Shown here: positions 27,101-35,480 of the stretch, in pieces | How positions within the stretch are numbered: the stretch's first letter is position 1 | Layout of the letters: each line of letters starts with the position of its first letter | Assembly (NCBI GenBank): GCA_038227875.1 | Contig: JBBRPR010000034.1 | Span: forward strand, 22,478-86,477 | Reading direction: 5' to 3' | Length of the DNA stretch: 64,000 nucleotides | DNA from: Planctomycetota bacterium | GTDB lineage: Bacteria > Planctomycetota > SZUA-567 > H5-PLA8 | Notes under the pieces: generated by a model | What the model was told of the DNA's origin: nothing | Seen by the model: only the letters and a program-made list of their open reading frames with translations | The model's database searches: none | Program-made: the position numbers and the translations under genes

Positions 27101-29535
27101 ACCACGCCTACTGGCGTTTCCCGGCGTACGCGATGGCCAATGTCAAGGGTTTGAAGGATGCCTTCGGAGCGAAAGTGCCGCCTGTTGCCGGCGCTGCCGC
27201 CGGTGAAGTGCTGCTCTCACGCCGCCGTGGCGGCGAAGGCGAATATCTCTTCGTCGTCCAGAACAGCGTCCCCGAATTCGATCCCGGTCAGCTCTGGCGC
27301 GTGAATTTGAATGTCGCTTCCCGCGTCCCGATGATCGCGCCCGTCCAGATCGCCGACGACGACCGCCCCGTCTACGATCTCTTCGCGCTGAAACGCATCA
27401 CGCCCGATCATGGCACGATCAACGTCGACCTGCGTTCGATGCCCGCGCGCGTCTACGCGATTCTGCCTACGGCGATAGAAGACGTGTCGCTCACCGCGCC
27501 CGCGCAGATCGCCGCCGGACAATCCATTGCGTGGAAAGCCGCCGTGCTCGACGCCAAGGGCAACCCCATCGCCGCGCAGTTGCCGCTCTCTGTGCGCCTG
27601 CTCGACGCCAGCGGCACGGTCCTCGACCAGAACACAGCCGTCGCTGCAGCCGGGGAAGCACAAGGCACGCTCACCGCGCCCCTGCTGAAAACCACCGAGC
27701 CGCTCGTGCTGGAAGCGACGGAGCTGTGCAGCGGCCGTTCCGTCCGCGCGAAAATCGCGTATGCACCCACGGCGCTGCCACTGAAGTTCTCCGACGCCGC
27801 CATTCCCGCTGCGCCTGCCGCTCCGGCCGTGCGCGGAAAGGAGCCGAGTTCGCTCGCTCCCGGCGAAACGCTTTACGGCCCGCACCTGCGCTCGACGGCA
27901 CTCTCCAGCGACGGCAAGACTGCGCTCTTCTCCGCGATGAACTGGGATCACAATCTTTACGCTGTCGACCTCGACACCGGCGCCGTCCGCTGGCGCAACC
28001 GCATCGGCCACTACTTCGCATTCCACCCGCAAACCACCGCGACCGGTTTCGCTGCCGAAGGCTTCGACCTGAAAACCGGCGAAGGCTATTTCAATTACCT
28101 GATCGCGCCGGATGGAAAACTCGAACGCCGCTTCGCGCTCCATGGCATTCCCAAGCGTCTGCCCTTCCGCTTCGTGCCGGGACTCTTCCATGACTTCGCC
28201 GAAAGCTTCGCGACCTCGCCCGACGGCACCTGGACGGCCAGTTGCGGCGACCTGGGCCTCGCCGCATGGAAGAAGGACGGCACGCCCCTCTTTTCGCTGG
28301 ACTGGTGGAAGACCGACCGCCATACGCTCAAACTTCTGGCGCTGGACGCACAGACGCTGCTCGCCGTCGAAGGCACGCGCGCGCAGGCCCTCGACGCGTC
28401 CACCGGCAAGCCCAAATGGGACGTCAATCTCGGCGCCGGCGGCGACGTTTTCGATGTCTGCGCCACCCGCGATGGCAAAACCACGGCAGTCGTCACCGAT
28501 CTCAACGGCGGCCGCGTCCTGATTCTCCGCGACGGCAAACTGCTGCGCACGCTCGTCACGTTCGGCCGCCGCGCCGCGCTCTCGCCGGATGGAACTCTGC
28601 TGCTCACGTTCGATCGCGATCTCGATTGCTTCTCTGTCGAGACGGGAAAACTGCTCTGGTCGTTCAGCGGCGACGACGCTATCCGCGCGCTGCAGGTCAG
28701 CGCCGATGGCAAACGTGTCGCCGCCTCCAGCGACATGGGCACGCTCTACGTCTTCGGAAGCGACGGTGGACGGCTGCTCGAAACCGATCTCGGTGCGCGC
28801 TGCGATCCGACGTGGCTGCCCGATGGCGATCTGTTCCTGGCGACGTGGATGGGCCGCGTCACGCGGCTGGATGGAAAATTCAAGCCGCGCTGGAGCGTTC
28901 TGCTCGCGCCGGAAAAGTCGAGCATGCGCGGCCATCAGCTCGACGACGATGGCACGCCGACCACGCGCGTTCCGTTCGTGGGCACCGCCGAGGCGCATCC
29001 GCTGCCCTTCACGCCCAATCTTATCGCGCAGACGCAGTTCACATTCAAACTCAACACCCGCACCAACGCGCCGCTGGCCAACGACACCAAGCTGCTCTAC
29101 GACGGCAAGGCCGACGCGCCGGCGAATCCGTGGATCGACTGGCACTACGTCGGATTCTTCGCCGAAACGTCGCCGTTCAACACGATCGAAATCACCGCAA
29201 CCACCTCACGCGTCAAGCTCGATGCCGTGACGCTGGTCGAAGATCCCGCGCATCCGGAATCGTGGCTGCGCGACGCGACCCTGGAATACTGGAACCTGGA
29301 GAAGGAGGAATGGAACTTCGCGCAGGCGCTGCTCTCCGACGCGCCGGTTCATTCGCACACCTTGCCGAAGCCCGTCGAAAGCACGCGCTTCCGCCTCGTC
29401 CTGCCGTGGGGCTGCGCCGGCAACGTGCGGCTGGCTGAGCTGGTCTTCCACGGCCAGGTCACCACACCGATCAAACCGCCCGCACCTCCGAAAGCGGCGC
29501 CTCCCCCGAAGGCTCCAGCGCCACCCAAGAAGTAG
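24139..29535 (+). CDS. Very large secreted protein: N-terminal beta-propeller, putative glycoside-hydrolase-like barrel plus trimerisation-like domain, PQQ/WD40 propeller, C-terminal beta-sandwich, Pro/Lys tail
   Basis: RBS GGAGG + ATG 24139; signal peptide ATQA; FYVLDQHRDRILRID; SLVFVEDLKPETLKKFKAILLV; LYAVDLDTGAVRW; ALSPDG repeats. Catalytic assignment is tentative. Confidence 0.8.
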   Translation: MQLARSIRIVLFALLATCATQAAEETLEKNISLEDPGFNCQRAVMTAGRDGKVYLLSGKVGNSHLIQMNPDGSEQVGIHGDSAPTNATANASGWIISGHAHLVHKITIRNPKFEVKAEFKDFSCSDKLGWDAPAHVEAGASGDFYVLDQHRDRILRIDANCKILRTIPLPHTPEGNPGITADFRVNEAHEMLVIRSRQGKLRAIGMDGKPKFEIPNNPSERAYDLSKDGTLFLLPYMGTEILRFDADGKPLAKVKLALGELKPDSKLPWFNELAFAGTKLLLRRAHETEFFREFDPESGAQENIVTSRYERMVAHFPSLTWNAGEAVPFKIEYEAAGGAVAPNWHVFARPLEAPGFTELKLHDNTLDIPATSAGLYLVEITTGLNPQQEKTDALRLLRTLVEIRKSGAKGTVAVMTPDNRVFYGRGEPIPLEISSRASQKNESLDVNVLLTDAAGTIVAQESVALKSDAPAKLTIPVSLTKSLIPGAYLLAPVAAGWTCVPQHLTIGAGFDDNPMFLMEYGDYGDILPTGDFWTAPTATENGLARKQKLGLNFIVDRLGSPLVAGHFDWTPADQKNLFAPLVKRLTDDPLAIPPEKSHVAPPLFQAMAATGAFGIHEMSILLTNDAGLPLGTGYDTRKPDDMVAAVKKITTALVPYPAFRGWIWASNWWVFGNRGSAAATTPEDKKAYDDSLKIALATGAWDPVIDKVSNLRVSYAKDACELFNAAKKEIAPQLVSAVAAPFRSVESYPPISLSAVDETDLQAQWEQMAIPFASAFNVDFYKRPGKPAWGHPEIWNDSGTGDQIGPTLFHLLMRGADGIGACGAIPPWSHLREDPRSAHFFTASVFRSSFALVKPYGALFRSLQNDDPVAILLSGRMYKTDTWKDVMGLHFSRVYESYLSCLYAGTPASLVFVEDLKPETLKKFKAILLVDQRFEPEPELLQALKSAQAGGTPVFYDGNCLEKFCTDFKPLGFKFASVETDRSPAGDDHAYWRFPAYAMANVKGLKDAFGAKVPPVAGAAAGEVLLSRRRGGEGEYLFVVQNSVPEFDPGQLWRVNLNVASRVPMIAPVQIADDDRPVYDLFALKRITPDHGTINVDLRSMPARVYAILPTAIEDVSLTAPAQIAAGQSIAWKAAVLDAKGNPIAAQLPLSVRLLDASGTVLDQNTAVAAAGEAQGTLTAPLLKTTEPLVLEATELCSGRSVRAKIAYAPTALPLKFSDAAIPAAPAAPAVRGKEPSSLAPGETLYGPHLRSTALSSDGKTALFSAMNWDHNLYAVDLDTGAVRWRNRIGHYFAFHPQTTATGFAAEGFDLKTGEGYFNYLIAPDGKLERRFALHGIPKRLPFRFVPGLFHDFAESFATSPDGTWTASCGDLGLAAWKKDGTPLFSLDWWKTDRHTLKLLALDAQTLLAVEGTRAQALDASTGKPKWDVNLGAGGDVFDVCATRDGKTTAVVTDLNGGRVLILRDGKLLRTLVTFGRRAALSPDGTLLLTFDRDLDCFSVETGKLLWSFSGDDAIRALQVSADGKRVAASSDMGTLYVFGSDGGRLLETDLGARCDPTWLPDGDLFLATWMGRVTRLDGKFKPRWSVLLAPEKSSMRGHQLDDDGTPTTRVPFVGTAEAHPLPFTPNLIAQTQFTFKLNTRTNAPLANDTKLLYDGKADAPANPWIDWHYVGFFAETSPFNTIEITATTSRVKLDAVTLVEDPAHPESWLRDATLEYWNLEKEEWNFAQALLSDAPVHSHTLPKPVESTRFRLVLPWGCAGNVRLAELVFHGQVTTPIKPPAPPKAAPPPKAPAPPKK

Positions 29536-29666
29536 GTGGCTGGGGTTCAACGGATTATAGTATTCGCGCGATACCCACTTTTTACTTAAACTGTGCAGCA
29601 AGCCCGCTCGATCCACCTCTAAGAGGGATGGACCGGTCGGCTTCATTGCTTTCAGGAGGAACTTCT

Positions 29667-30020
29667 GTGAAATTCAAGCTCGCAACGGCTGTGCTCGTTG
29701 GCGGCATGCTCTCCCCGTTCGCCTCGAAGGCGATGGCTGGCGACGCCAATCCGAAAGTCGAAGAAATCATCGCTCAGATTGAAGCTCGGCGTGGCGAGAA
29801 GACCACCGCCGAAGTCACGGCCGCTCAGGAACGCGCCAAGCTGATGGAAGAGCGTGCTCAAAATGGTGGGATGCGCGGCCAGGGCGGCGGCCAAGGTGGC
29901 CAGCAAGGCGGCGGCATGCGCAATCGCGGCAACGGTGGCGGTAATCGCAAGCCGGGCGGCGGTGGCAACAATGCCAATCCCAATCCCACGCCTCCACCGG
30001 CTCCCGAGCAGGGCAAGTAA
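29667..30020 (+). CDS. Small secreted Gly-rich low-complexity protein
   Basis: AGGAGG then GTG 29667; signal peptide ending AMA; helical segment, G/Q/N-rich linker, Pro-rich end. Confidence 0.8.
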   Translation: MKFKLATAVLVGGMLSPFASKAMAGDANPKVEEIIAQIEARRGEKTTAEVTAAQERAKLMEERAQNGGMRGQGGGQGGQQGGGMRNRGNGGGNRKPGGGGNNANPNPTPPPAPEQGK

Positions 30021-30112
30021 CCCACACAGGGTTGCTGCCCCAGCATGACACCCCGGACCCGCGCGCACCGCGCGGACAACAGGACGAATCGCACTTCAAA
30101 AGGAGTTCGTGA

Positions 30113-31387
30113 ATGAACGTGTTCAAGGCAAAATCACTTGCCGCTGGCGTGGTCGGAGCGCTCTGTCTGGCGGCTCCGCTCAGTCTCCATGCGGAAGATG
30201 CCGCGCCGCCCGCTCCAGTTCCGGCGGCGGCACCGGCAGATCCGGCACCGGCTCCGGTTGCCCCGGCCCCTGCCGTCGCGAAGGTCGCGGCACGAACGAC
30301 GCTCGAACAGCAGATTGATTATCTCGAAGGCGCGTTGGCTGAAGGCATCGACAACCTCGATTGGAAGATGGCCACGCTCGCCGCCGACGGCTTCAAAACC
30401 GCGGGGCTGACCGGCAAGGATTTGGAAATCTCGCTCCTCCGCGCCGAACGCACGGCGGTAATCGAACACACCGGCCCGGGCAACGCCGGTCCGCAGGTAC
30501 TCGCGCTGGGCATGACCGTCCGCGCGCAGCTCGGCGACGCGGCCTCGCTGACGACGCTGCAGTCGTGGGCGAAGGATGAAATTCCCGCCGTCAAAGCGCC
30601 CGATCAGGCGCTGTGGAAGGATGCGCCGGCGGAAGCAGTCAAAGCTCAGAAAGCGTACACCACCTATCAGCAGACCGTCTCGCGGCGTGAATACGCGATT
30701 CTGGGTCTGGCGCTGCTCAAACAGCCCGGCGTGGTCGAACAAGCGCTCGCGGCGCTCAAGAATCCCGCCGACCAGGGCGGTGGCGGCGGAGGCGCGTTTG
30801 GCTTTGGCGGCCCCGGAGGTCCCGGTGGCTTCGGAGGTGCTCGCGGCTTCATGCGCGCGTTCGGTGGACGAGGCGGCGGCGGCAGTGCCGATCCGCTGGT
30901 GCTCGCGGCGCTGGCGGCCGATCCTCAGGCCGGCTTCAAAGCGCTGACAGACTTCATGACCGACGACAAGGGCAATCTCGCGCAGCAGGCCACCGTGGTT
31001 CAGTCGCTGGCACGCATCGCGCCCGGTTCAAAAGTGCGCAAGCCGGTCGATGAGCAATTTTCGCTTGAAGCCGATCTCGGCGCCAAGCTTCCGGCCGACA
31101 GCTTCGCCCAGCTGAGCAAGCCGTACCTCGCGCTGATCAAACGCTGGAAACCCGACGATGCCAACAACCGGGCCAACGGCGCGCTGACGCAACTGCTCAG
31201 CGCCGGCAACGACTTCCCTGAAAAATCGATCGATGCCGATGGCATCACGGCACTGCAACAGTTGAAGGAACAGATCACCGGTCAGCAGGGCAACTGGCTC
31301 AAGCCGCAGATCGACAGCGTGCTGCGGAAACAGGGCGTTGATCCCAACGCCGCCACCAAGCCGCCGGCGCCTCCGAAGGATTTCTAA
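30113..31387 (+). CDS. Secreted hypothetical helical protein with Pro/Ala linker and Gly/Phe-rich insert
   Basis: AAGGAG RBS; signal peptide LHA; ends KPPAPPKDF. Confidence 0.85.
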   Translation: MNVFKAKSLAAGVVGALCLAAPLSLHAEDAAPPAPVPAAAPADPAPAPVAPAPAVAKVAARTTLEQQIDYLEGALAEGIDNLDWKMATLAADGFKTAGLTGKDLEISLLRAERTAVIEHTGPGNAGPQVLALGMTVRAQLGDAASLTTLQSWAKDEIPAVKAPDQALWKDAPAEAVKAQKAYTTYQQTVSRREYAILGLALLKQPGVVEQALAALKNPADQGGGGGGAFGFGGPGGPGGFGGARGFMRAFGGRGGGGSADPLVLAALAADPQAGFKALTDFMTDDKGNLAQQATVVQSLARIAPGSKVRKPVDEQFSLEADLGAKLPADSFAQLSKPYLALIKRWKPDDANNRANGALTQLLSAGNDFPEKSIDADGITALQQLKEQITGQQGNWLKPQIDSVLRKQGVDPNAATKPPAPPKDF

Positions 31388-31406
31388 CGAAAACGCTTAC
31401 CGATGG

Positions 31407-31442
31407 ATAAAAACGCGCCGCCAAAAAGCGGCGCGTTTTTAT
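31407..31442. terminator. Intrinsic (bidirectional-type) terminator
   Basis: ATAAAAACGCGCCGC-CAAAAA-GCGGCGCGTTTTTAT, 20 nt after the stop. Confidence 0.85.
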
Positions 31443-31612
31443 TTGATACAAGTCTGTGTCAGGTCATACAGACGAACTTGCCGAGTGCACAGCACTGCAC
31501 CGCACTCGCTGCCAATTTTTGTGCATCTGCCTGTGCACTGTCGCGCTTCCTGCGCCGCTAGGAAATTGAAAAATAGCTATGACGCGACACCCGTTTAGCT
31601 GTTGGGATAAGT

Positions 31613-31629
31613 CTGGCCGTGTATTTGCC
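31613..31629 (+). promoter_or_regulatory. Possible sigma54 promoter upstream of the RadC-like gene
   Basis: CTGGCCGTGTATTTGCC (TGGC...TTGC, GG-N10-GC); GTGCA-N6/N8-TGCAC inverted repeats at 31485-31538 and an AT tract between them and the motif. Confidence 0.4.
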
Positions 31630-31793
31630 ATTCTCTAAATCGCGAATGTTTGGAAATTCGGAAAAGTAGGCGCTCGTTCTCTCGTAGTACTGGATGAGCA
31701 GACATAAAAGAAGCCCGCAACATCTGGGGGAATTGCGCGGCGAACCGGTCGTGAACTTTAACGTATCGATACAACTTACCGGGAGCTGCAACC

Positions 31794-32579
31794 GTGAAGA
31801 AAAAACATGCAAACTATAATCAAATGGCAATGGCCTGCGAAATTGGACATTCGGCTGTCGCCACGGAAACCACGGGTACCCTCCCCGTGAGTTCCAGCCC
31901 CACTGCAACGGAAATCGGTGAGCGCCGCCATAAATTCGGCCTCCGTCTCTCCCAGGATCTGAAAGTCTCGCTGGGCGTCGAACAATGCCCGGTCGTCCGC
32001 ACCGCGGCGGACGTAGCAGACGTTTTTTCCGATATCGCCACGTTCGACCGCGAAGTCCTGATCGCCGGCGCGATCGACACGCAATTGCGGCTGGTCTGCT
32101 GGAATCTGCTGGCCGTCGGCCGCAGCGATCTGCTGGTGATGCGCATCGGCGACGCGTTTGCCGGAGCGATCCGCAGTGCGGCGTCGGGGATTTTCCTGGT
32201 CCACAACCATCCGTCCGGTTCGCTCGAAGCCTCGGATGAAGACTTGCGACTCACCCGAGAAGTGGCCGAAGCGGGGTTGCTGCTCGGTTACAATCTGGTC
32301 GATCACGTGATCATCTCGCGGCTGGGGCACCGCAGCCTGCTCGACCGCTCGTTCCTCCGCGCGCACGCCAAGCGCCTCCACATCACCAACACCGTTCAGC
32401 GCGATCGCCAGGGCGAAAGTACGGTGACTGAGTGGCGCTGCCTGACTTGCAAAAGCAAAAACTCGCGGACCAGCCATGTCCTGCGCTCGTCCTCGAAGCA
32501 GTGTGCCTACCTGCCCTCGCGCTGCGCGCACTGTGGCTCGTTCGCCTGGCTGAAAACGAAACCCAGCAGCGGCATTTAG
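31794..32579 (+). CDS. RadC-like JAB/MPN+ domain protein with C-terminal CxxC...CxxC zinc finger
   Basis: DREVL...LVHNHPSGSLEASDED...LVDHVII; CLTC...CAHC; no N-terminal HhH region; start uncertain. Confidence 0.85.
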   Translation: MKKKHANYNQMAMACEIGHSAVATETTGTLPVSSSPTATEIGERRHKFGLRLSQDLKVSLGVEQCPVVRTAADVADVFSDIATFDREVLIAGAIDTQLRLVCWNLLAVGRSDLLVMRIGDAFAGAIRSAASGIFLVHNHPSGSLEASDEDLRLTREVAEAGLLLGYNLVDHVIISRLGHRSLLDRSFLRAHAKRLHITNTVQRDRQGESTVTEWRCLTCKSKNSRTSHVLRSSSKQCAYLPSRCAHCGSFAWLKTKPSSGI

Positions 32580-32584
32580 CAGGA

Positions 32585-33526
32585 TTAAAGAATGCTCGCG
32601 CCAAACGCCGATTGCAGCAGATCGCGCGCGACGCACGCGGTCAAATTGCGCTGATCGAGCGCCGGGTTTACTTCCACCAATTCGCAACTGATCATCCGGC
32701 CCGTGTCGGCGATCAACTCCATGATCAGATGGGATTCGCGGATCGTCAGCCCCCCCGCCACCGGCGTGCCCACACCCGGCGCGACGGCCGGATCCAGACT
32801 GTCGATGTCGAACGAGAGATGGAATCCGTCGGTGCCATCATTGACGATTTCCAGCGCTTCGCGCATGCAGGCCGCCATGCCGCGCTCGTCGATCTGGCGC
32901 ATGGTGAAGACGTGAATGCCGTACTTTTTGATCTTCTCGCGTTCGCCCAGGTCCAGGTCGCGAGCGCCAAGCAACACCGTACGCTGCGCGTCGATCATCG
33001 GCCGCACGCCGGCGAGGTCCGTCAGCAGCCGCGGTCCGTGTCCCAGCGCCACGGCCATGGGCATGCCGTGAATATTTTTGCTCGGCGATGTCTCCGGCGT
33101 GTTGCAGTCGCCATGCGCGTCGACCCAAAGCACGCCGAACTTCTTCTTCCGCTTTTTGGCGTACCGCGCGATGCCGCCGAGCGTGCCCATCGCAATCGAA
33201 TGATCGCCACCGAGCACCAGCGGCGTTGCGCCCTTGTCCAGCGCGCGTTCGACGAACAGTGAAAGTTCCCGGCAGACGCGCGCGATCGGAGGCGCAAAAG
33301 GGAGCGGCGATTTCGATTTTTTGCGCGATTTCTTTTCCGGCGTCGCGGTACTGGCGTGAGGCACGGCGAGATTGCCGCTGTCCTCGACCTGCAGACCCAG
33401 CTCAAGCAGTTTCTCCGCCAGTCCTGCCACACGAATGGCGGACGGGCCCATGTCGACGCCGCGGAGATGCGTGCCCAGGTCCATCGGGACGCCAATCAAG
33501 GCAATAGTGCTGCGGGGAGGAGGCAT
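32585..33526 (-). CDS. rocF: Arginase
   Basis: GVPMDLG, GVDMGPSAIR, LGGDHS, WVDAHGD, NIHGMP, SFDIDSLDP, APGVGTPVAGG, VEVNP. Confidence 0.95.
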   Translation of the reverse strand: MPPPRSTIALIGVPMDLGTHLRGVDMGPSAIRVAGLAEKLLELGLQVEDSGNLAVPHASTATPEKKSRKKSKSPLPFAPPIARVCRELSLFVERALDKGATPLVLGGDHSIAMGTLGGIARYAKKRKKKFGVLWVDAHGDCNTPETSPSKNIHGMPMAVALGHGPRLLTDLAGVRPMIDAQRTVLLGARDLDLGEREKIKKYGIHVFTMRQIDERGMAACMREALEIVNDGTDGFHLSFDIDSLDPAVAPGVGTPVAGGLTIRESHLIMELIADTGRMISCELVEVNPALDQRNLTACVARDLLQSAFGASIL

Positions 33527-33663
33527 GGCTTTCTTTTAACCACCCCATCAAAATCCGCAACTTGGGCGGTAAGTCGATTTGACGCGGACGCCTCTCACCA
33601 GTAAAAAGGTGCGTTCCGTTAATTGGGTAAACCGTTCAACGTTGGAAAGGTTCAGCGAAGCAC

Positions 33664-33966
33664 ATGGCTAAGTCGAAGGTACGCAAGCCCCACCCCAAGC
33701 CTCCAGAGAACGCAGCGACGGTTGTCGAGCTGCGCAAAGAGATCGCCGCGCTGAAGGAAAAGCTGGCCAAGCGCAAGGCTGACGCGACAAAAGAGGGGAA
33801 GACCAATAAGTTTGACCCCAAGTACCGCCTTGCGATCAAGCGCGTCAAGCGCGCCCAGCGCAAGCTGCTCTCCGAGGCTTACCGCCTGAAGCCGAAGAAG
33901 GAAGTCGTCGCCGCGCCGGCCGCAGCAGCAGCGCCCGCGGAAGCCGCAGCAGAAAAGAAAGAGTAG
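33664..33966 (+). CDS. Small Lys/Arg-rich helical protein with Ala/Glu tail
   Basis: 100-aa ORF with host-like codon usage; sigma70-like TTGACG-N17-TAAAAA at 33579-33607; followed by REP-like repeats. Confidence 0.8.
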   Translation: MAKSKVRKPHPKPPENAATVVELRKEIAALKEKLAKRKADATKEGKTNKFDPKYRLAIKRVKRAQRKLLSEAYRLKPKKEVVAAPAAAAAPAEAAAEKKE

Positions 33967-33984
33967 TTCAACGCGTAGCGTCTT

Positions 33985-34063
33985 TGCAGGCGGGACGCCT
34001 GCGCCACAATTCAGCAGGCGGAACACCTGCGACATATATTGTGGTGCAGGCGTCCCGCCTGTA
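33985..34063. repeat. REP/BIME-like cluster of three palindromic units (two direct, one inverted)
   Basis: GCAGGCGGGACGCCTGCGCCACAAT (33986-34010), GCAGGCGGAACACCTGCGACATAT (from 34014) and inverted ATTGTGGTGCAGGCGTCCCGCCTGTA (34038-34063). Confidence 0.85.
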
Positions 34064-34118
34064 AGTTCCTTGCATCCTGCAGCGCACGAATCGTCCACAT
34101 CTAAAGAGAGGTCGTCCC

Positions 34119-34700
34119 ATGGCCAATGCTCCCAAGATCCTGGCGTTCGCGGGTAGTTTGCGCGCACAATCCTGGAACAAAAAGATGGTCAAAATCGCCG
34201 TCGCGGGTGCGACCGCCGCCGGCGTGGAGTGCACGTATATTGACCTGCGCGATTATGCGCTTCCCATTTTCGATGAAGATTTGGAAAAGCAGGACGGCCT
34301 GCCCGCCAACGCGCGCAAGCTCAAAGACCTGTTCCTTGCGCACCAGGGTCTGCTCATCGCCGCGCCGGAATACAACAGCGGCATCACCGCCGTCCTCAAG
34401 AACACCATCGACTGGATCTCGCGTCCGGTTCCCGGCGAAACGCCGCTGCAGTGCTACGACGGCAAGGTCGCCACGCTGATGTCCGCGTCGCCCGGCGCGC
34501 TGGGTGGATTGCGCGGGCTGGTCGGCGTGCGCTCGATTCTCGGCAACATCAAAGTGACCGTGCTGCCCGACCAGGTCGCCATCGGCAAGGCCCACGAAAT
34601 GTTCACCGAAGACGGCCAGCTGAAAGACGCCGCGCAGAAAGCGTCCGTCGAGAAACTCGGCGCCGGTTTGGCGGCGATGCTCAAGAAGCTCTACGCCTGA
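34119..34700 (+). CDS. NAD(P)H-dependent FMN reductase (ChrR/SsuE flavodoxin-like family)
   Basis: AFAGSLRxxSWN, PEYNSGITAVLKNTIDWISR, SASPGALGGLRG. Confidence 0.95.
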   Translation: MANAPKILAFAGSLRAQSWNKKMVKIAVAGATAAGVECTYIDLRDYALPIFDEDLEKQDGLPANARKLKDLFLAHQGLLIAAPEYNSGITAVLKNTIDWISRPVPGETPLQCYDGKVATLMSASPGALGGLRGLVGVRSILGNIKVTVLPDQVAIGKAHEMFTEDGQLKDAAQKASVEKLGAGLAAMLKKLYA

Positions 34701-34744
34701 GTTCAGGACTTGTCCAACCCAGCACGGATTCTAGAATTCAAGCC

Positions 34745-35461
34745 ATGAAGACGTCGACGCTCACGCTCGTTTCCGCCGGACTGCTCGGTTTCGCCAATCA
34801 GGTGCTGGCGTGTCCGGGTTGTAAGGATGCGGTCTCCAGCGCCAACACGGTCGCCAATCCTTGGGGCAACGCGTACAACTCCAGCATTCTGTTCATGCTG
34901 GGAACGGTACTGGTCATCGTCGGCTCCGTTTCGTACGGCATCTTCCGCATCGCGCGCGCGGAAACGCAACGCAAGCTCGCGCCGGCTGGCGGAGTCGCGA
35001 TCCCGGTTGCCGCTCCCGTGAAAAAAGTCTCACTGCTGAAGTTCGTGCTGCCGGCCGTCGGGCTGCTCTATGTCGCTTTCATTGCCGCCGCGATGACCCG
35101 CACCAAATCCACGCAGGCCTCCGAACAGAGCGTGATCGACATCCCCAGCCTCAACGACAGCACATTCCGCTCGGCCCAGATGGTGAACCCGTCGCTGGTC
35201 GTCGATTTCGGCGCCGCGTGGTGCCCCAACTGCAAAACCAGCGCGCCTGAATTTTACCGCGTCGCCAAGGCCCGCCAGCCGCAGACCAAGTTCTTCCAGG
35301 TCGACGTCGACGCTTCTCCGGTCACCGCCAAAGCATTGAAGATCGACGATCTGCCCTGTTTCGTCCTGTTCCTCGACGGTCAGGAAGCCGCTCGCCGCAC
35401 CGGCGCCGCGACCGAAGCCGAGCTGAACGCGTGGATCGATAGCCACACGCCGAAGAAATAG
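34745..35461 (+). CDS. Membrane protein: signal peptide, CPGC motif, two TM helices, C-terminal thioredoxin domain
   Basis: ATG 34745; VLA-CPGCKDA; YNSSILFMLG TM; second TM; VVDFGAAWCPNC, VDVD, LPCF. Confidence 0.85.
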   Translation: MKTSTLTLVSAGLLGFANQVLACPGCKDAVSSANTVANPWGNAYNSSILFMLGTVLVIVGSVSYGIFRIARAETQRKLAPAGGVAIPVAAPVKKVSLLKFVLPAVGLLYVAFIAAAMTRTKSTQASEQSVIDIPSLNDSTFRSAQMVNPSLVVDFGAAWCPNCKTSAPEFYRVAKARQPQTKFFQVDVDASPVTAKALKIDDLPCFVLFLDGQEAARRTGAATEAELNAWIDSHTPKK

Positions 35462-35480
35462 AAGGCAGTGGCAGCGCAGG

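Noticed and set aside
31794..32579. Prophage or ICE around the RadC-like gene
   Set aside because: No integrase, relaxase or phage genes adjacent; the flanks are ordinary chromosomal genes.
34451..34744. Extended N-terminus of the thioredoxin-fusion ORF given in the track
   Set aside because: Overlaps the FMN reductase; ATG 34745 gives a clean signal peptide.
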